DNA of 64,000 nucleotides, from assembly GCA_030390025.1 (NCBI GenBank), contig CM059432.1, positions 147,004,001-147,068,000 of the forward strand, given 5' to 3'. A model generated the notes under the pieces. That model was not told where the DNA came from. It did no database searches and saw only the letters and a list, made by a program, of their open reading frames with translations. The position numbers and the translations under genes were made by a program. The number at the start of each line of letters is the position of its first letter. The stretch's first letter is position 1. This DNA is from Squalus acanthias. Lineage: Eukaryota. Below are positions 26,560 to 39,672 of this stretch, piece by piece.

Positions 26560-27110
26560 ACAACAACAACTTGCATTTACACAGCGCCATTAACGTAGTA
26601 AAACGTCCCAGGGTGCTTCACAGGAGCGATTATCAAACAAAATTTGACACCGAGCCACATAAGCAAATACAGGAAACTTTTGTTTATCCGGCACCCAAAT
26701 ATCCGGAATTCTCGCTTAACCGGCAAAAATCATCCTCCGAAAACTCCTCTCAAATAACCGGCAATGTTGCCGAGTCTCAGTCGAGTCTCCGCGAACGCCG
26801 AGTACTCCGAAAACTCCTCTCAAATAACCGGCAATGTTGCCGATCCCTAGTCCGAGTCCGAGTCCGCGAACGCCGATTTAGTCAGTTGGGGTAGTTTTCA
26901 AAAGTGCCACTACTCGGCCTCCTGGCGCTGTCGGAAGTCCGAAACACTGCAGTAGCAGGAGTTGATTCTCCTGCGCTGCCTGGAGTCTCTTTGTTAAAAA
27001 TAGCCTCGGTAGATATAACTCTCCATTATCCGGTACTTTCGATAAACCGGCACCACGCCGGTCCCGTCGGTGCCGGTTAATAAAGAGTTTCCTGTATTAG
27101 GACAGGCGAC
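26560..27110 (-). mobile_element. L2 3' tail, split by a Tc1/pogo-like MITE
   Basis: Reverse complement of the L2 tail seen at 11980-12100. Confidence 0.75.
26670..27094. mobile_element. Tc1/mariner-pogo (Tigger-like) MITE
   Basis: Imperfect 25-bp TIRs CAGGAAACT...CCGGCAC with a TA TSD on both sides. Confidence 0.8.
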
Positions 27111-27934
27111 ACAGCTCGTACACACCCGTAGGGATCGGAATACACGGCCCATGGTGTAAACAAACACAGGTTCTGTTTAATGCCAAGATGCAGCCTTCAC
27201 AGTTTTGATTTTGCGTTTGCCAAGACTCAAGCAAGTAATGAGTTTCAAAGCTCAGAGGGGAAGACCTTCCCTGTGTGCTATGTGGCTGATTTTCCAGTCG
27301 ACACTTATGGTGAGCAGGGAGCACTGACTGGGAAGTCACAGGCTCAAAAAGACTCTGATTTTCTGCCTATTTAAATTAAAGGATGGAAAATCAAGGCTTG
27401 CCGTCCTCCAGTTTCCCAACCATTGCTCCTGGCAAATGACATTCTTCTCTAGATGATTAAGAAATCAGCCCTTATGCGTTACAAAAATGTCAGTGTGTTT
27501 TTTACAAATGGGTTTATGGCTCTGTTACTCATAGCACCCAAGGCGAGCAATATGGGGAAGGGTGATTGCTTATTCCATATGGGCAATAGCTGAGCAACTG
27601 CTACTGTTGGCCATTATACCTCACAAAATCACTTCTGTAAAACTCCACAATAACTATCTTGTTCTGCTGAAGTAAATGCTTCAGTTACAGTCCCTTTTCC
27701 AATGATTTCACACACAATTACTCAGTCATTTTTGCTTCAACATAGGTATTCTTTACTGTCCTGATACAAAAAGACTATTTCAAAACCAATGACAAAAAAA
27801 GTAATTTTTTTTTTAAAAAGCACCAAAATGGGGCTGGGTACTAAATTTAAAAAAAATTAAAAAATTCTCTACCCCTTTAAGAGTTCATGGAGCTTTCCTT
27901 TTCACCCACTCCAAACAGGCAGAAAATCACGCTC

Positions 27935-28132
27935 CAGCCCTGCAACCCGCCGAAATCTCTGCGCTACTCCAATTCTGGCTTCTTGAGCATCCCCGATTTT
28001 CTTCATCACTCCATCACTGGCGGCCGTGCCTTCAGTTGTCTGGGCCCTAAGCTCTGGAATTCCCTCCCTAAACCACTCTCAACCTCTCTCTCCCTCTTTA
28101 AGATGCTCCTTAAAACCTAGCCCTTTGACCAA
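27935..28132 (+). mobile_element. L2 3'-coding fragment
   Basis: GGRAFSCLGPKLWNSLPK...FKMLLKT. Confidence 0.8.
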
Positions 28133-28871
28133 CCTACGGGTGGGTACGCGCTGTGTCCACACCCGTAGGGACATCGGAAATGCCGGTTTCAGGCATGCCA
28201 AGCGCACGCGCTGAAAACCGGCACGTCCGATCTGTCAAGAATCCTCTTGACCGATCGGACGCCTGCCCTGGAGAAGGGCCTCTGCGGGGGGAGAGTTCCG
28301 CTTTCTGCAGAACCTCCGCCCGCTGAAAACCCTTAGAAATCTTACACCTGGTAAAAGCCTGCGTAAGGTCTGTTTTTACCAGCATAAGAGTTTTTAAAAG
28401 TTTAAAAAAAATTTCACTCATTTATAATTTAAAAATACTTTAAAAAAAGGTAAGTTTATTTTTAGCCCTGTAAAAAACTTTAATTATTTTTTTCAAAAAA
28501 TTAAATTTTTGTTTAAAATATTTAATTTAATGCAATTTTAACTCATTTTAAAAACGTGATGGTTTTTTAAAAATGTATTGAATGTTTTGATGTGTTTTTG
28601 GGGTGATCTCCATTCATATATTTGATGGGTCTATCTGTCAAAAGTATGAAGGGAGATTCCCTTCTCCCATTGGCTGGCCTGGCCCACGTGATCCCAGGGA
28701 CGCTTGTGAACCGCCTGCGCCCCTGGGATACGTGGGCCCTGCGCATTTCAACTGTGGAGAGGCCCAGGATCGGAAGTGTCCGGACCTCGGGAGCCCTCAG
28801 GTAAGAGCGTAGATTTTTTTCCGACAAGAGGCATCCGCACGCAGGAAGCCCCCGATCAGAAATTACGGGCC
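28133..28871 (+). mobile_element. MITE family B, copy 1 (its 5' end lies inverted at 27108-27150)
   Basis: High similarity to 30735-31484 and, inverted, to 40373-41246. Confidence 0.8.
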
Positions 28872-28999
28872 ATAGTATTAGAATGGCCAAGTGTCATTAC
28901 TCCAACAATGGGAAACTGATCATTCTGTATCTGATTTGTAAGTGTAAGGTTAATTGGTTTGATGTTATTGTTAGAAATAGATTGAATCAGATGAAATGT

Positions 29000-29660
29000 A
29001 ATATAAAGCACTGACATTAAGGAAAAATGGATATAACAAATATACGATGTATGGTGTAGAATAGCTCAAAGCGAAGCAGAAAGGGGTGATAGTAGATTCA
29101 GTATTTAACATGACAGCTCACTATGGAGCAGCAATAACTAAAGAGAACAGAAAGCTTTGTTATGTTAGATCAGTTGAGTGTAAGTCAGAAGATGTCACAT
29201 TAAAACTTCACAGGGTCTTCTTCAGACTGCACCTCGAGTGCCGTGTTTAGTTCTGGGTGCCAGGATCTCAGGGAAACATTCAAGCTCTGGGGGCGGTACA
29301 GAGAAGGTCCAGGATGCTGTTCCCAGGTGTCAAAGGAGTGAATTAGGAGAAAAGGCTGGAGAAACTGGGAGCTTTGAAAGGAGGTGACTGAGAGGGCACC
29401 TTATAGACATAGACATGATATTTAATGGCACAGATAAGGTTAACGTGGAGCAGTAACTCAAGGTTTGCCAGGATACTGGAACAATGGGCATTGAACTGGT
29501 GAGAGAGAGATTTAGAACAAATGTCAGGAAGAGCTTTTCACACAAAGAGTAATAAACATTTGGAATGGTCGTCAGGCAGGGTAGTGGAGGAGAAAAGCTC
29601 ATTTGAAAGCTAGTTAGATTATATGATTGAGGGAAGGTAGATCTTTTATTCTGGATAGAT
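29000..29660 (+). mobile_element. Old degenerate CR1 fragment
   Basis: Remnants resembling [11 protein letters not shown] and RKSFSHKE. Confidence 0.5.
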
Positions 29661-29727
29661 GAGGTAAGGCATCTATTCTGTCTTATGACCTTATAAAAAA
29701 ATATATAAAAACACAGTTGAACTATAT

Positions 29728-29952
29728 GGGGCAGGTTTCCTCTTTCGTACTTGGGTGTTAAATAATCACCCTGAGTAATGCCTGGAAGAAAATTGGGAGG
29801 GGAGAACTGCACACCCATAACGGAGTTTGCTCGACTTTCCATCTATTCATTTAAATGGATAGAAAATCAGACGGGTTCAGTTATGGTCATGTGGTCCGTC
29901 CCTGTTCGATTGCCCTCCAGGTGGCCAATTTCACAATGGGAAAATCTACCTC
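29728..29952. mobile_element. Small Harbinger-type MITE
   Basis: Imperfect TIR GGGGCAGGTTTCC/GGAAAATCTACCTC with a TAT TSD. Confidence 0.45.
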
Positions 29953-30734
29953 TATGTTCCCTCAGAGATGTTGTACAAGACATTATGCAGACCTGGGATG
30001 CATTTCTGGTAGGCTGGGATCTTCCGAATTCGGGACATGTCTTCTACTTGCATTTACACCTGTACTTTTTGATTGAAGACAGATTAAAAAAAAAAAATAG
30101 AGCTATTGAGACTGACATTTGTTTAACATCCTAATTCCTAAAATGTTCTTCGTCTCTTCGAATGTTTCCCTTTGAGGCCCTCACAGTAATTCTGTTTCTG
30201 TGTAATGTTTGAATGACATCTATGATGTTAGCCATCAGTATCTTGCTGTAATCGCTGATGCTGAGCACACAGGATAGCCGTCACCTATCATTCTGACAAT
30301 TACTGATTGTATATTGCTGAAATAGTCAGATGAAAATGAGAAAACACACCGACAGATTACTCAGCTGCGTCACGCTGCCTCAGTAAGGTTTTTTTTTCCC
30401 CTGTAAAAAGGTTCATAACAGATGGGCAGAAAGGCTTTCACTGTTGCAACTGAACTCAATTAACTGAAAGCAATGCTGATTTTACAGGGTTTTTTTACTT
30501 GAAAGTATGACCTTTACAAAATTGTATGTGACTTAAAAAGAGCAAGCACTTTGTGAGTGGCTAGCGTACACCATTTTTCTTTTCAATGCCATCAGATCGT
30601 TACCGGGCTTTGCTAATCGTTCATATATTTCTGGATAGTGCTTGATTCTTGAGTATATTTTCTTCATAAAGAACTTGCATTTATACAGCACCTCATCACA
30701 TCCTCACGATGTCCCGAAATGCTTTACAGATAAT

Positions 30735-31484
30735 TGCCCGTATATTCCGATGCCTACGGGTGTGTACGAGCTGTGTCCACACCCATAGGGGCATCGGAAA
30801 TGCCGGTTTCAGGCATGCCAAGCACATGCACTGAAAACCGGCATTTCCAATCTATCAAGAACCCTCTTGACAGAGCGGACGCCTGCCCTGGAGAAGAGCC
30901 TCTGTGGGGGGAGAGTTCTGCTTTCTGCAGAATCTCCGCCCGCAGAAAACCCTTAGAAATCTTATGCCTGGTAAAAGCAGCGTAAGGCTTGCTTTTACCA
31001 GCATAAGAGTTTAAAAAAGTTAAAACATTTTCACTCATTTATAATTTTAAAATACTTTTAAAAGTAATTTTATTTTTAGCCCCGTAAAAAACTTTAATTA
31101 TTTATTTTTTTAATTACATTTTTGTTTAAAATATTTAATTTATTGTAATTTCAACTCATTTTAAAAACGTGATGGTTTTAAAAAAATTATTTAATGTTTT
31201 GATGTGTTTTTTGGGGTGATCTCCATTCATATATTTGACGGGTCTATCTGTCAAAAGTATGAAGGGAGATTCCCTTCTCCTATTGGCTCGCCTAGCCCAT
31301 GTGATCCCAGGGAGGCTTGCGAACCGCCTGCGCCCCTGGGCTACGTGGGCCCTGCGCATTTCGAGTTGGAGAGGCCCAGGAGCGGAAGTGTCCGGACCTC
31401 GGGAGCCCTCAGGTAAGAGCGTAGATTTTTTTCCGATAGGAGGCCTCCGCACGCAGGAAGTCTCCCGATCGGAAATTATTGGCA
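30735..31484 (+). mobile_element. MITE family B, copy 2
   Basis: GC-rich ends, AT-rich core and a subterminal hairpin TTCCGATGCCTACGGGTGTG...CACACCCATAGGGGCATCGGAA. Confidence 0.8.
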
Positions 31485-33406
31485 ATTACTTGCTTTTTGT
31501 TCATTGAAAAATTGCAAATTCTGGAAATGTAAAAAAAACGCTGGAAATATACAGCAGGTCAGTCAGCATCTGCAAAGAGAAAGAAGAAAGATCGAATGAA
31601 ATGTTATGAACCCGAAACATCATAATCCATCTTTTCCCTTTACAAATACTGACTGACCTAATGTGCATTTCCTGTATTTTGTGAAGAACTTATTGAACTG
31701 CTGTTACAGTGATCATAGAATCAGAGAATCCTAGAAATTTATGGCACAGAAGGAGGCCACACGGCTCATTGTGTCCATGCCAGTCGAAAAAGAGCTATCC
31801 AGCCTAATCCCACCTCCCAGCTCTTGGTCCGTAGCCCTGTAGGTTACGGCACTTCAAGTGCCTATCCAAGTACTTTTTAAATGTGATGAGGGTTTCTGCC
31901 TCTACCACCCTTTCAGGCAGTGAGTTCCAGACCCCCACCACCCTCTGGGTGAAAAAAATTCTCCTCAACTCCCCTCTAAACCTCCTACCAATTACTTTAA
32001 ATCTATGCCCCCTGGTTATTGACCTCTCTGCTAAGGGAAATAGTTCCTTCCTATCCACTCTATCTAGGCCCCTCATAATATTATACACCTCAATGAAGTC
32101 TCCCCTCAGCCTCCTCTGTTCCAAAGAAAACAAGCCCAGTCTATCCAATCTTTCCCCATAGCTAAAATTCTCCAGTCCCGGCAACATCCTCGTAAATCTC
32201 CTCTGTATCCTCTCTAGTGCAATCACATCTTTTCTGTAGTGTGGTGACCAGAACTGTACGCAGTGCACAGTACTCTAGCTGCGGCCTAATTAGTGCTTTA
32301 TACAGTTCAAGCATAACCTCCCTGCTCTTATATTCTATGCCTCGGCTAATAAAAGAAAGTATCCCGTCTGCCTTCTTAACCACCTTATCTACCTGTCCTG
32401 CTATCTTCAGGGATCTGTGGACATGCACTCCAAGGTCCCTCTGTTCCTCTACACTTCTCAGTATCCTACCATTTATTGTGTATTCCCTTGCCTTGTTAGC
32501 CCTCCCCAAATTTATTACCTCACATTTCTCCGGACTGAATTCCATTTGCCACTTTTCTGCCCACCTGACCAGTCCATTGATATCTTCCTGCAGTCTACAG
32601 CTATCTTCCTCACTATCAAACACACGGCCAATTTGTGTAGCATCTACAAACTTCTTAATCATGCCTCCTACATTGAAGTCTAAGTCATTGATATATACCA
32701 CAAAAAGCAAGGGACCCAGTACTGAGCCCTGCGGAACCCCACTGGAAACAGCCTTCCAGTCACAAAAAACACCCGTCGACCATTACCCTTTGCTTCCTTT
32801 TGGATCCATCTTGCCACTTTCCCTTGGATCTCATGGGCTTTTACTTTTCTGACCAGTCTGCCATTTGGGACCTTGTCAAAAGACTTGCTAAAATCTATGT
32901 AGACTACATCAAACTCGCTACCTTCATCGACCCTCCTTGTTACCTCCTCAAAAAATTCAGTCAAGTTAGTCAGACACGATCTTCCCTTAACAAGTCCCTG
33001 CTGGCGATCCTTAATTAATCCGTGCCTTTCTAAATGACGATTAATACTGTTCCTCAGAATTTATTCCAATAATTTGCGCACCACCGAGGTTAGGCTGACT
33101 GGCCTGTAATTTCTCGGCCTATCCCTTTCTCCCTTTTTAAACAACGGTACAACGTTAGCAGTCCTCCAGTCCTCTGGCACCACATCTGTAGCCAAGAGGA
33201 ATTGGAATGTAATGTTCAGAACCACCGCTATTTCCTTCCTTGCTTCTCCTAACAGCCTGGGATAAATTTCATCTGGGCCTGGCGATTTATCTACTTTCAA
33301 AGATGATAAACCCCTTTATGTTTCCTCTCTCACTTACAACAATTTCACGCTCCTCCTTAACTACAATGTCCTCATCATCCCTCTCTTTTGTGAAGACAGA
33401 TGCTAA

Positions 33407-34825
33407 GGCCGCGATTTTGTAAATGGATGCGTGTTGGGAGCAGGTCAGGTGTTTTCCAGCTTCCAGTCCCGCCCCTAACTGCATCCGGCCCACAGACGTG
33501 ATTTTACGTTGATTGGCCTTGTTAAGGCCGCCCTGCGGGCTTGCCAGCCAATTAAGAGGAAGCCGGTCAGATGACGTCATTTGATGACCCGTCATCTACC
33601 GGTTTTCTTAAAGGGACCACGCACAATTTTTTTTTGACAGCTCATTTCTCAGTGTTTGACAGCATTGAGGTGCTGTAAACACTGATAATCACTGTACAAA
33701 GGTGACCTCTTTCACCCAGGCTCTCCAGTGACTCCCTCCACTGGCTGGAACAGATGGCAGCTGCAGGTGAGGTTACAGGAGTGATCTGTCACTGGTGAGA
33801 GAGGTTCTCCCAATGAGGTGGCTCTAGACATCATTTTCAAAACTTGTTACCTAAAGAAATGTGTAAATGCATTAAAAATGATTTTCCCAACATTTTCTTA
33901 CCTCTGAAACTCACCAGTGCACCATTGGATCCTTCACACCAATTCTGCAGCTGTCATCAATGCAGTAACATTACAGCAGACTCACAACACGCCACACTTA
34001 CCTGGTGTGGTGTCCGGATGTTGGGAAGCCCGAGGCAGAAGCGGCAAAATTAAAAAATAGCCTGTCAACTTCTCTCAACTACCTATTAACAGGCAGGTAA
34101 TTGGCTTTAATCCTCTTCCCGCTGCTAGGTGTCGGGTCCATGTGCAAACCGGGGACCCGACACTTGGGAAAATTGTTTGGAGGCGGGTTGACGGCGGGAT
34201 CGGACCCCACCGTCAATCAAAATGTCATTTTAATTCACCCCTCCACGCTCACTCAGACCTCACCGTCCTCGGCCTCTTGCATTGTTCCACGGAAGCGCAG
34301 CGTAAGCTCCAGGAACAGCACCTCATCTTCCGTTTAGGCACTTTACAGCCTTCCGGACTCAATATCGAGTTCAACAATTTCAGATCATAACCCCGGCCCC
34401 TACCACATATGTACACATTTTATCCACTCTTTTGGTCCGTGCCTTTTTCCTTTTTTTCTCTCTCTCCCCCCACGGCAGCTGTCTCTGATTCTGCCAGCAT
34501 TTCACACCTTACCTTTTGTTTCTCAACCTGTCCCATTACCATCTCGTCTTGCCTTGAGCATCTCTCAATGTCTCTACTCACTAAAGACCATCCCTTTTGT
34601 TCTTTTATTCCTCCCCCCAGCCTCCCCCTTGCATTTTTATCTGTTTATTTCTTGCTCTCTCAGTTCCGACGAAGGGTTTCGACCTGAAACGTTAACTCTG
34701 TTTCTCTCTCCACGGATGTTGCCTCGCCTGCTGAGTTTTTCCAGCGTTTTCTGTTGTTATTTAAAATGATTTCAACCTTTGACCCGCCTCCAAACCCACC
34801 CTCTCAGTGCCGATAAATCGCGGCC
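33407..34825. mobile_element. Harbinger-type non-autonomous element inserted in the CR1
   Basis: TIR GGCCGCGATTT/AAATCGCGGCC with flanks TAA/AAA. Confidence 0.75.
34215..34765 (+). mobile_element. Penelope-like element 3' end (GIY-YIG C-terminus, mutated hammerhead)
   Basis: HFNSPLHAHSDLTVLGLLHC...EQHLIFRLGTLQPSGLNIEF. Motif CCGACGAA-GGGT-TTCG-ACCT-GAAAC-GTT at ~34666-34693. Confidence 0.82.
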
Positions 34826-35304
34826 AAAGTATTCATTAAGAACCATACCCACATCTTCTGCCTCAACAGATAGGTTACCTTTTTGGTCTCTAATAGGCCC
34901 TACTCTTTCTTTAGTTATCCTCTTCATCTTTATGTATTTATAAAACATCTTTGGATTTTCTTTGATTTTACTTGCCAATATTTTTTCATGCCCTCTCTTT
35001 GCTTTCCTAATTTCCATTTTAATTTCACGTCTGCACTTTCTATACTCCTCTAGGCTTTCTGCAGTATTTAGCTCTCAGTATCTGACATAAGCTTCCTTTT
35101 TTTGCCTTATCCTACCCTGTATGCCCCTTGACATTCAGGGGGCTGTAGATTTGGGAGTCCCACCCTTTTTCTTTGTGGGAGCATATTTGCTCTGAACCCT
35201 CACTATCTCCTCCTTGAATGCCTCCCACTGCTCGGACACTGATTTACCTTCAAGTAGCTGTTTCCAGTCCACTTTTGCTAAATCACATCTCAGCTTAGTA
35301 AAAT

Positions 35305-35720
35305 AGTCAGGAATGGTAGCATAGTGCTTATGTTGCTGGATTAGTTAATCCCAAGGCCTGAATTCAGATCCCACCATGGCAGCTGTGGAATTTAAATTCA
35401 ATTAAATAAATCTGGAATAAAAAAGCTAGTATCAGTAATGGTGACTGTGAAACTACCAGATTGTCATCTGCTTCACTAATGTTCTTTAGGAAAAGAAATC
35501 TGCTGCCCTTACCTGGTCCGGCCTGGCCTGTATGTGACTCCAGACCCAGCAATGTGGTTGATTCTTAACTGCCCTCTGAAATGGCTGAGCAAGGTACTCA
35601 GTTGTATCAAACTGCAGCGGTTCAAGAAGGCGGCTCATCACCACCTTCTCAAGGGCAATTCGTGATGGGCAATAAATACTGTCCTTGTCAGCAACACCTG
35701 CATCCCATGAATGAATTTTT
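35305..35720 (+). mobile_element. tRNA-headed SINE-like derivative of LINE family X
   Basis: The head matches 2980-3280 and the tail matches the family X 3' end (...CACCTTCTCAAGGGCAATT...CATCCCATGAATGAA). Confidence 0.8.
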
Positions 35721-36611
35721 AAAAATTGGCCTTTCCCCAGTTGAGAACTTTTACTCCCTGGTCTATCTTTGTCCTTTTCCATAACTAGGCTAAATTTAAC
35801 TGAATTATGATCACTACCACCAAAATGCTCTCCCACTGATACCCCTTCTACCTGCTCACCTTCTTTCCCTGAAACTAAGTCCAGCACCGCCCCCTCTCTT
35901 ATTGGGCTTGCTACGTACTGGCTAAAAAAAGTCCTCCTGAAGGCATTTTAAGAATTCTGCTCCCTCTAGACCTTTTACACTGATTCTATCTCAGTTAATA
36001 TTAGATTAGGTGAAATCCCCTACTATTACTGCCCTACTGTTTTTGCACTTCTCAGAAATGTACCTATATATTTTGCTCTTCTATCTCCCTCTGACTGTTT
36101 GGAGGTCTATATTACACTCCCAGCAGTGTGATTGCCCCTTTTTTGTTCTTCAGTTCAACCCATATAGTGTCATTTGATGATCCTTCTAACATATCACCCC
36201 TCCTCGCAGCTGTAATTGTTTCTTTAACCAATATTGCGACCCCCTCCCCTTTGTTATCCCCTTCTCTGCAAACAAACATGGCAGATAAATAAACAGTAAA
36301 GGAATAAATGAGCAGATAATCTGTTTTGGTGATGTATGCTCCACAAACCCAACAGTACTAAACATGAAGCTGCTGTGACATTTTGCTACGTAGACATCAG
36401 TTGAAGAGGCCTTATGATATTTTTTTCTCTTCTCGTTCTGTCTCAGTTCTGAATGTCTTTACTTGGGCACTCTTCTCTCACTATCCTCGCTGTATTGAAA
36501 TCAAGACTCAACAAATGTCTTCTACTCTTAAATCATTCTTTCCCAGCACCTCAAAACTAGGGATCTTCCTTTTTCTCTCTGCTCCACAGGCCTTCAAAAT
36601 CCTAGATTGGC

Positions 36612-39485
36612 ATTAGTGCTGTTGGGGAGGGTTTAAACTAAGTTGGCAGGGGGACGGGCACCAGGATGTAGCATTAGAAAGGAGAAACAAAGGGCACAAA
36701 GGATTGGGAGAGACAGATAGCACTAGAGTAAGAAATAGTAAGCTATTAGGTGGGGTCAGACTAAGAGAGAACACAAGATGGTCTAAGATAGGTTTATGTA
36801 TGTGAACGCCCGAAGCATAGTAAACAAGATTGGTGAGCTGCAGGTGCAAATAGCCACATGGGAATATGATGTCGTGGCAATAACAGAGACCTGGCTCAAA
36901 AATTGGGTATTAAATATTCCTGGAGATAAGGTGTTCAGGAAAGATTGGGAAGGAAAGAAAGGAGGTGGTGTGGCAGTATTGATTAAGGAGAATATTACAG
37001 TGCTGGAGAGGGAGGATGTCCTGGAGGGGTCAAGACAGAATCTATATGGCTAGAGTTAAGAAATAATAGAGGTGCCATTACACTACTAGGTGTATTCTAT
37101 AGACCACCAAATAGTGGGGAAAAATATGGAGAAGCAAATTTGCAGAGAAATTACAGAGAGGTGCAGGAACGATAGAGTAGTAATAACGGGGGACTTCAAC
37201 TGTCCTAATATAGACTACGATCATAATAGTGTAAAGGGCAGAGAGGGGGAAGAATTTCTGAAGTGTGTTCAGGAGAACTTTCTTGATCTGTATGTTTCCG
37301 GCCCAGTGAGGAAGGAGGCATTGCTGGATCTGGTTCTGGGCAATGAGGAGGGTCAAGTGGATCAAGTGTCAGTAGGTGAACATTTAGGGAATAGTGATCA
37401 TAGTATCATAAGGTTTAGATTAGCTATGGAAAAGGACAGGGAGCAATCTAGAGTAAAAATACTTAATTGGAGGAAGGCAAATTTCAGTGGGATGAGAAAG
37501 GATCTGGCCCGGGTAAATTGGAATCAAAGATTGGCAGGCAAAACTGTAATGGAACAATGGGCTGCCTTTAAAGAGAAATAGTTCAGGTACAGTTGAGCTG
37601 CATTCCCACTAGGAGGAAATGTAGGGCAACTAAAGTTAGAACTCCCTGGATGACAAAAGAGATAGAGAGTAAGATGAAGCAGAAAAAGAGCGCATATGAC
37701 AGATGTCAGGTTGAGAATACATCTGAGAATCAGCCTAAATATAGAAAGTTCAGAGGAGAAGTGAAAAAGAAAATAAGAGGGGCAAAGAGAGGGTATGAGA
37801 ATAGAATGGCAACTAACATAAAAGTTAATCCAGAAGTCTTAAATAGTAAACAGGTAGTAAGAGGAGGGGTGGGGCCGATTAGGGACCAAAAAGGAGACCT
37901 ATGCATGGAGGCAGAGGGTATGGCTGAGGTGCTAAATGAGTACTTTGTATCTGTCTTCACCAAGGAAGAAGATGCTGCCATAGACATAGTGAAGGAGGAG
38001 GTAGAGGAGATACTGGATGGAATAAAAATTGATAAAGAGGAGGTACTAGAAAGGCTGGCTGTACTTAAAGTAGATAAGTCACCAGGACGGCATGGGATGC
38101 TTCCTAGGACGCTGAGGGAAATGAAGGAAGAAATCGCGGAGGTACTGGCCATAATATTCCAATCCTCCTTAGAATTGGGGGTGGTGCCAGAGGACTGGAG
38201 AATTACAAATGTTACACCATTGTTCACACAATGGTGTAAAGATAAACCCAGCAACTACAGGCCAGTCAGTTTAACCTCGGTAGTGGGGAAGCTTTTAGAA
38301 ACAATAATCAGGGACAAAATTAACAGTTACTTGGACAAGTGTGGATTAAGTAAGAAAGCCAGCACAGATTTGTTAAAGGCAAATCATGTTCAACAAACTT
38401 GATCGAGTTTTTTGATGAGGTAACAGAGAGGGTTGATGAGGGCAATGCAGTTGATGTAGTGTACATGGATTTCCAAAAGGCATTCAACAAAGTGCCACAT
38501 AATAGGCTTGCCAGCAAAATTGAAGCCCATGGAACAAAAGGGACAGTGGCAGCGTGGATACGAAATTGGCTAAGTGACAGGAAACAGAGAGTAGTGGTGA
38601 ACGGTTGTTTTTCAGACTGGAGGAAGGTATACAGTGGTGTTCCCCAGGTGTCGGTTCTAGGACCACTGCTTTTCTTGATATATATTAATGACTCGGATGT
38701 GGATGTACAGGGCACAATTTCAAAATTTGCAGATGACACAAAACTTGGAAGTATAGTGAACAGTAAGGAGGATAGTGATAGACTTCAAGAGGACACAGAC
38801 AGGCTGGTGGAATGGGCGGACACGTGGCAGATGAAATTTAATGCAGAAAAGTGCGAAGTGATACATTTTGGTAGAAAGAATGAAGAGAGGAAATATAAAC
38901 TAAAGGGTACAATTCTAAAGGGGGTGCATAAACAGAGAGACCTGGGGGTATGTGTGCACAAATCGTTGAAGGTGGCAGGGCAGGTTGAGAAAGCGGTTAA
39001 AAGAGCATATCGGATCCTGCGCTTCATAAATAGAGGCATAGAGAACAAAACCGTGGAAATTATGATGAACCTTTATAAAACACTGGTTCAGCCTCAACTG
39101 GAGTATTGTGTCCAATTCTGGGCACCGCACTTTAGGAAGGATGTGAAGGCCTTAGAGAGGGTGCAGAAAAGATTTACGAGAATGATTCCAGGAATGAGGG
39201 ACTTCAGTTACGTGGATAGACTGGAGAAGCTGGGGGGATGAGGAAAAATTTTTTTATGCAGCGAGTTGTTGTGGTCTGGAATGCGCTGCCTGAAAGGGCG
39301 GTGGAAGCAGATTCAGTAGGAACTTTCAAAAGGGAATTGGACAAATACTTGAAAAGGAAAGAGTTGCAGAACTCTGGGTAAAGAGGAAGGAAGTGGGACT
39401 AGTTAGATAGCTCTTTCAAAGTGCCAGCACAGGCACGATGGGCCAAATTACCTCATTCTGTACTGTACAAGTGCTATGATTCTTC
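36612..39485 (+). mobile_element. CR1 LINE, near-complete decayed ORF2 (APE + RT)
   Basis: YVNARSI...AITETWL; GDFN; LLDLVL...SDH; YMDFQKAF; SKFADDTKLG; 3' tail. Confidence 0.93.
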
Positions 39486-39656
39486 AGATCCATTTCTCCT
39501 TCCAAATAAAATGAGAATTGCAAATCAGTTTTAAATGAGCACAGTATCCCTTTAAAGAAAATATGGATAAGCATTATTAGCTGAGCAATGTTGATCCAGA
39601 GCAGTGGCAGCCATGATATAGCTTTCTGGTCCCATGGCCTACTTCCTAGACACCTG

Positions 39657-39672
39657 TGGCCACTAGGGGGCA
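39657..39672 (+). promoter_or_regulatory. Candidate CTCF site
   Basis: TGGCCACTAGGGGGCA closely matches the CTCF core consensus. Motif match only. Confidence 0.35.

Larger units (their letters stand above)
31715..36205 (-). mobile_element. Long CR1 LINE (ORF2 APE+RT) with nested insertions
   Basis: ORF2 pieces run from LDLVSG...GGSDHNSV through KSPGPDEIYPRLL and YIDFSKSFDKVP to the C-terminus. The CR1 rejoins across 33407-34825 and 35305-35720. Confidence 0.88.

Noticed and set aside
32217..32852. 211-aa plus-strand ORF (and similar ones at 37730 and 46514)
   Set aside because: Antisense shadows of CR1 ORF2.
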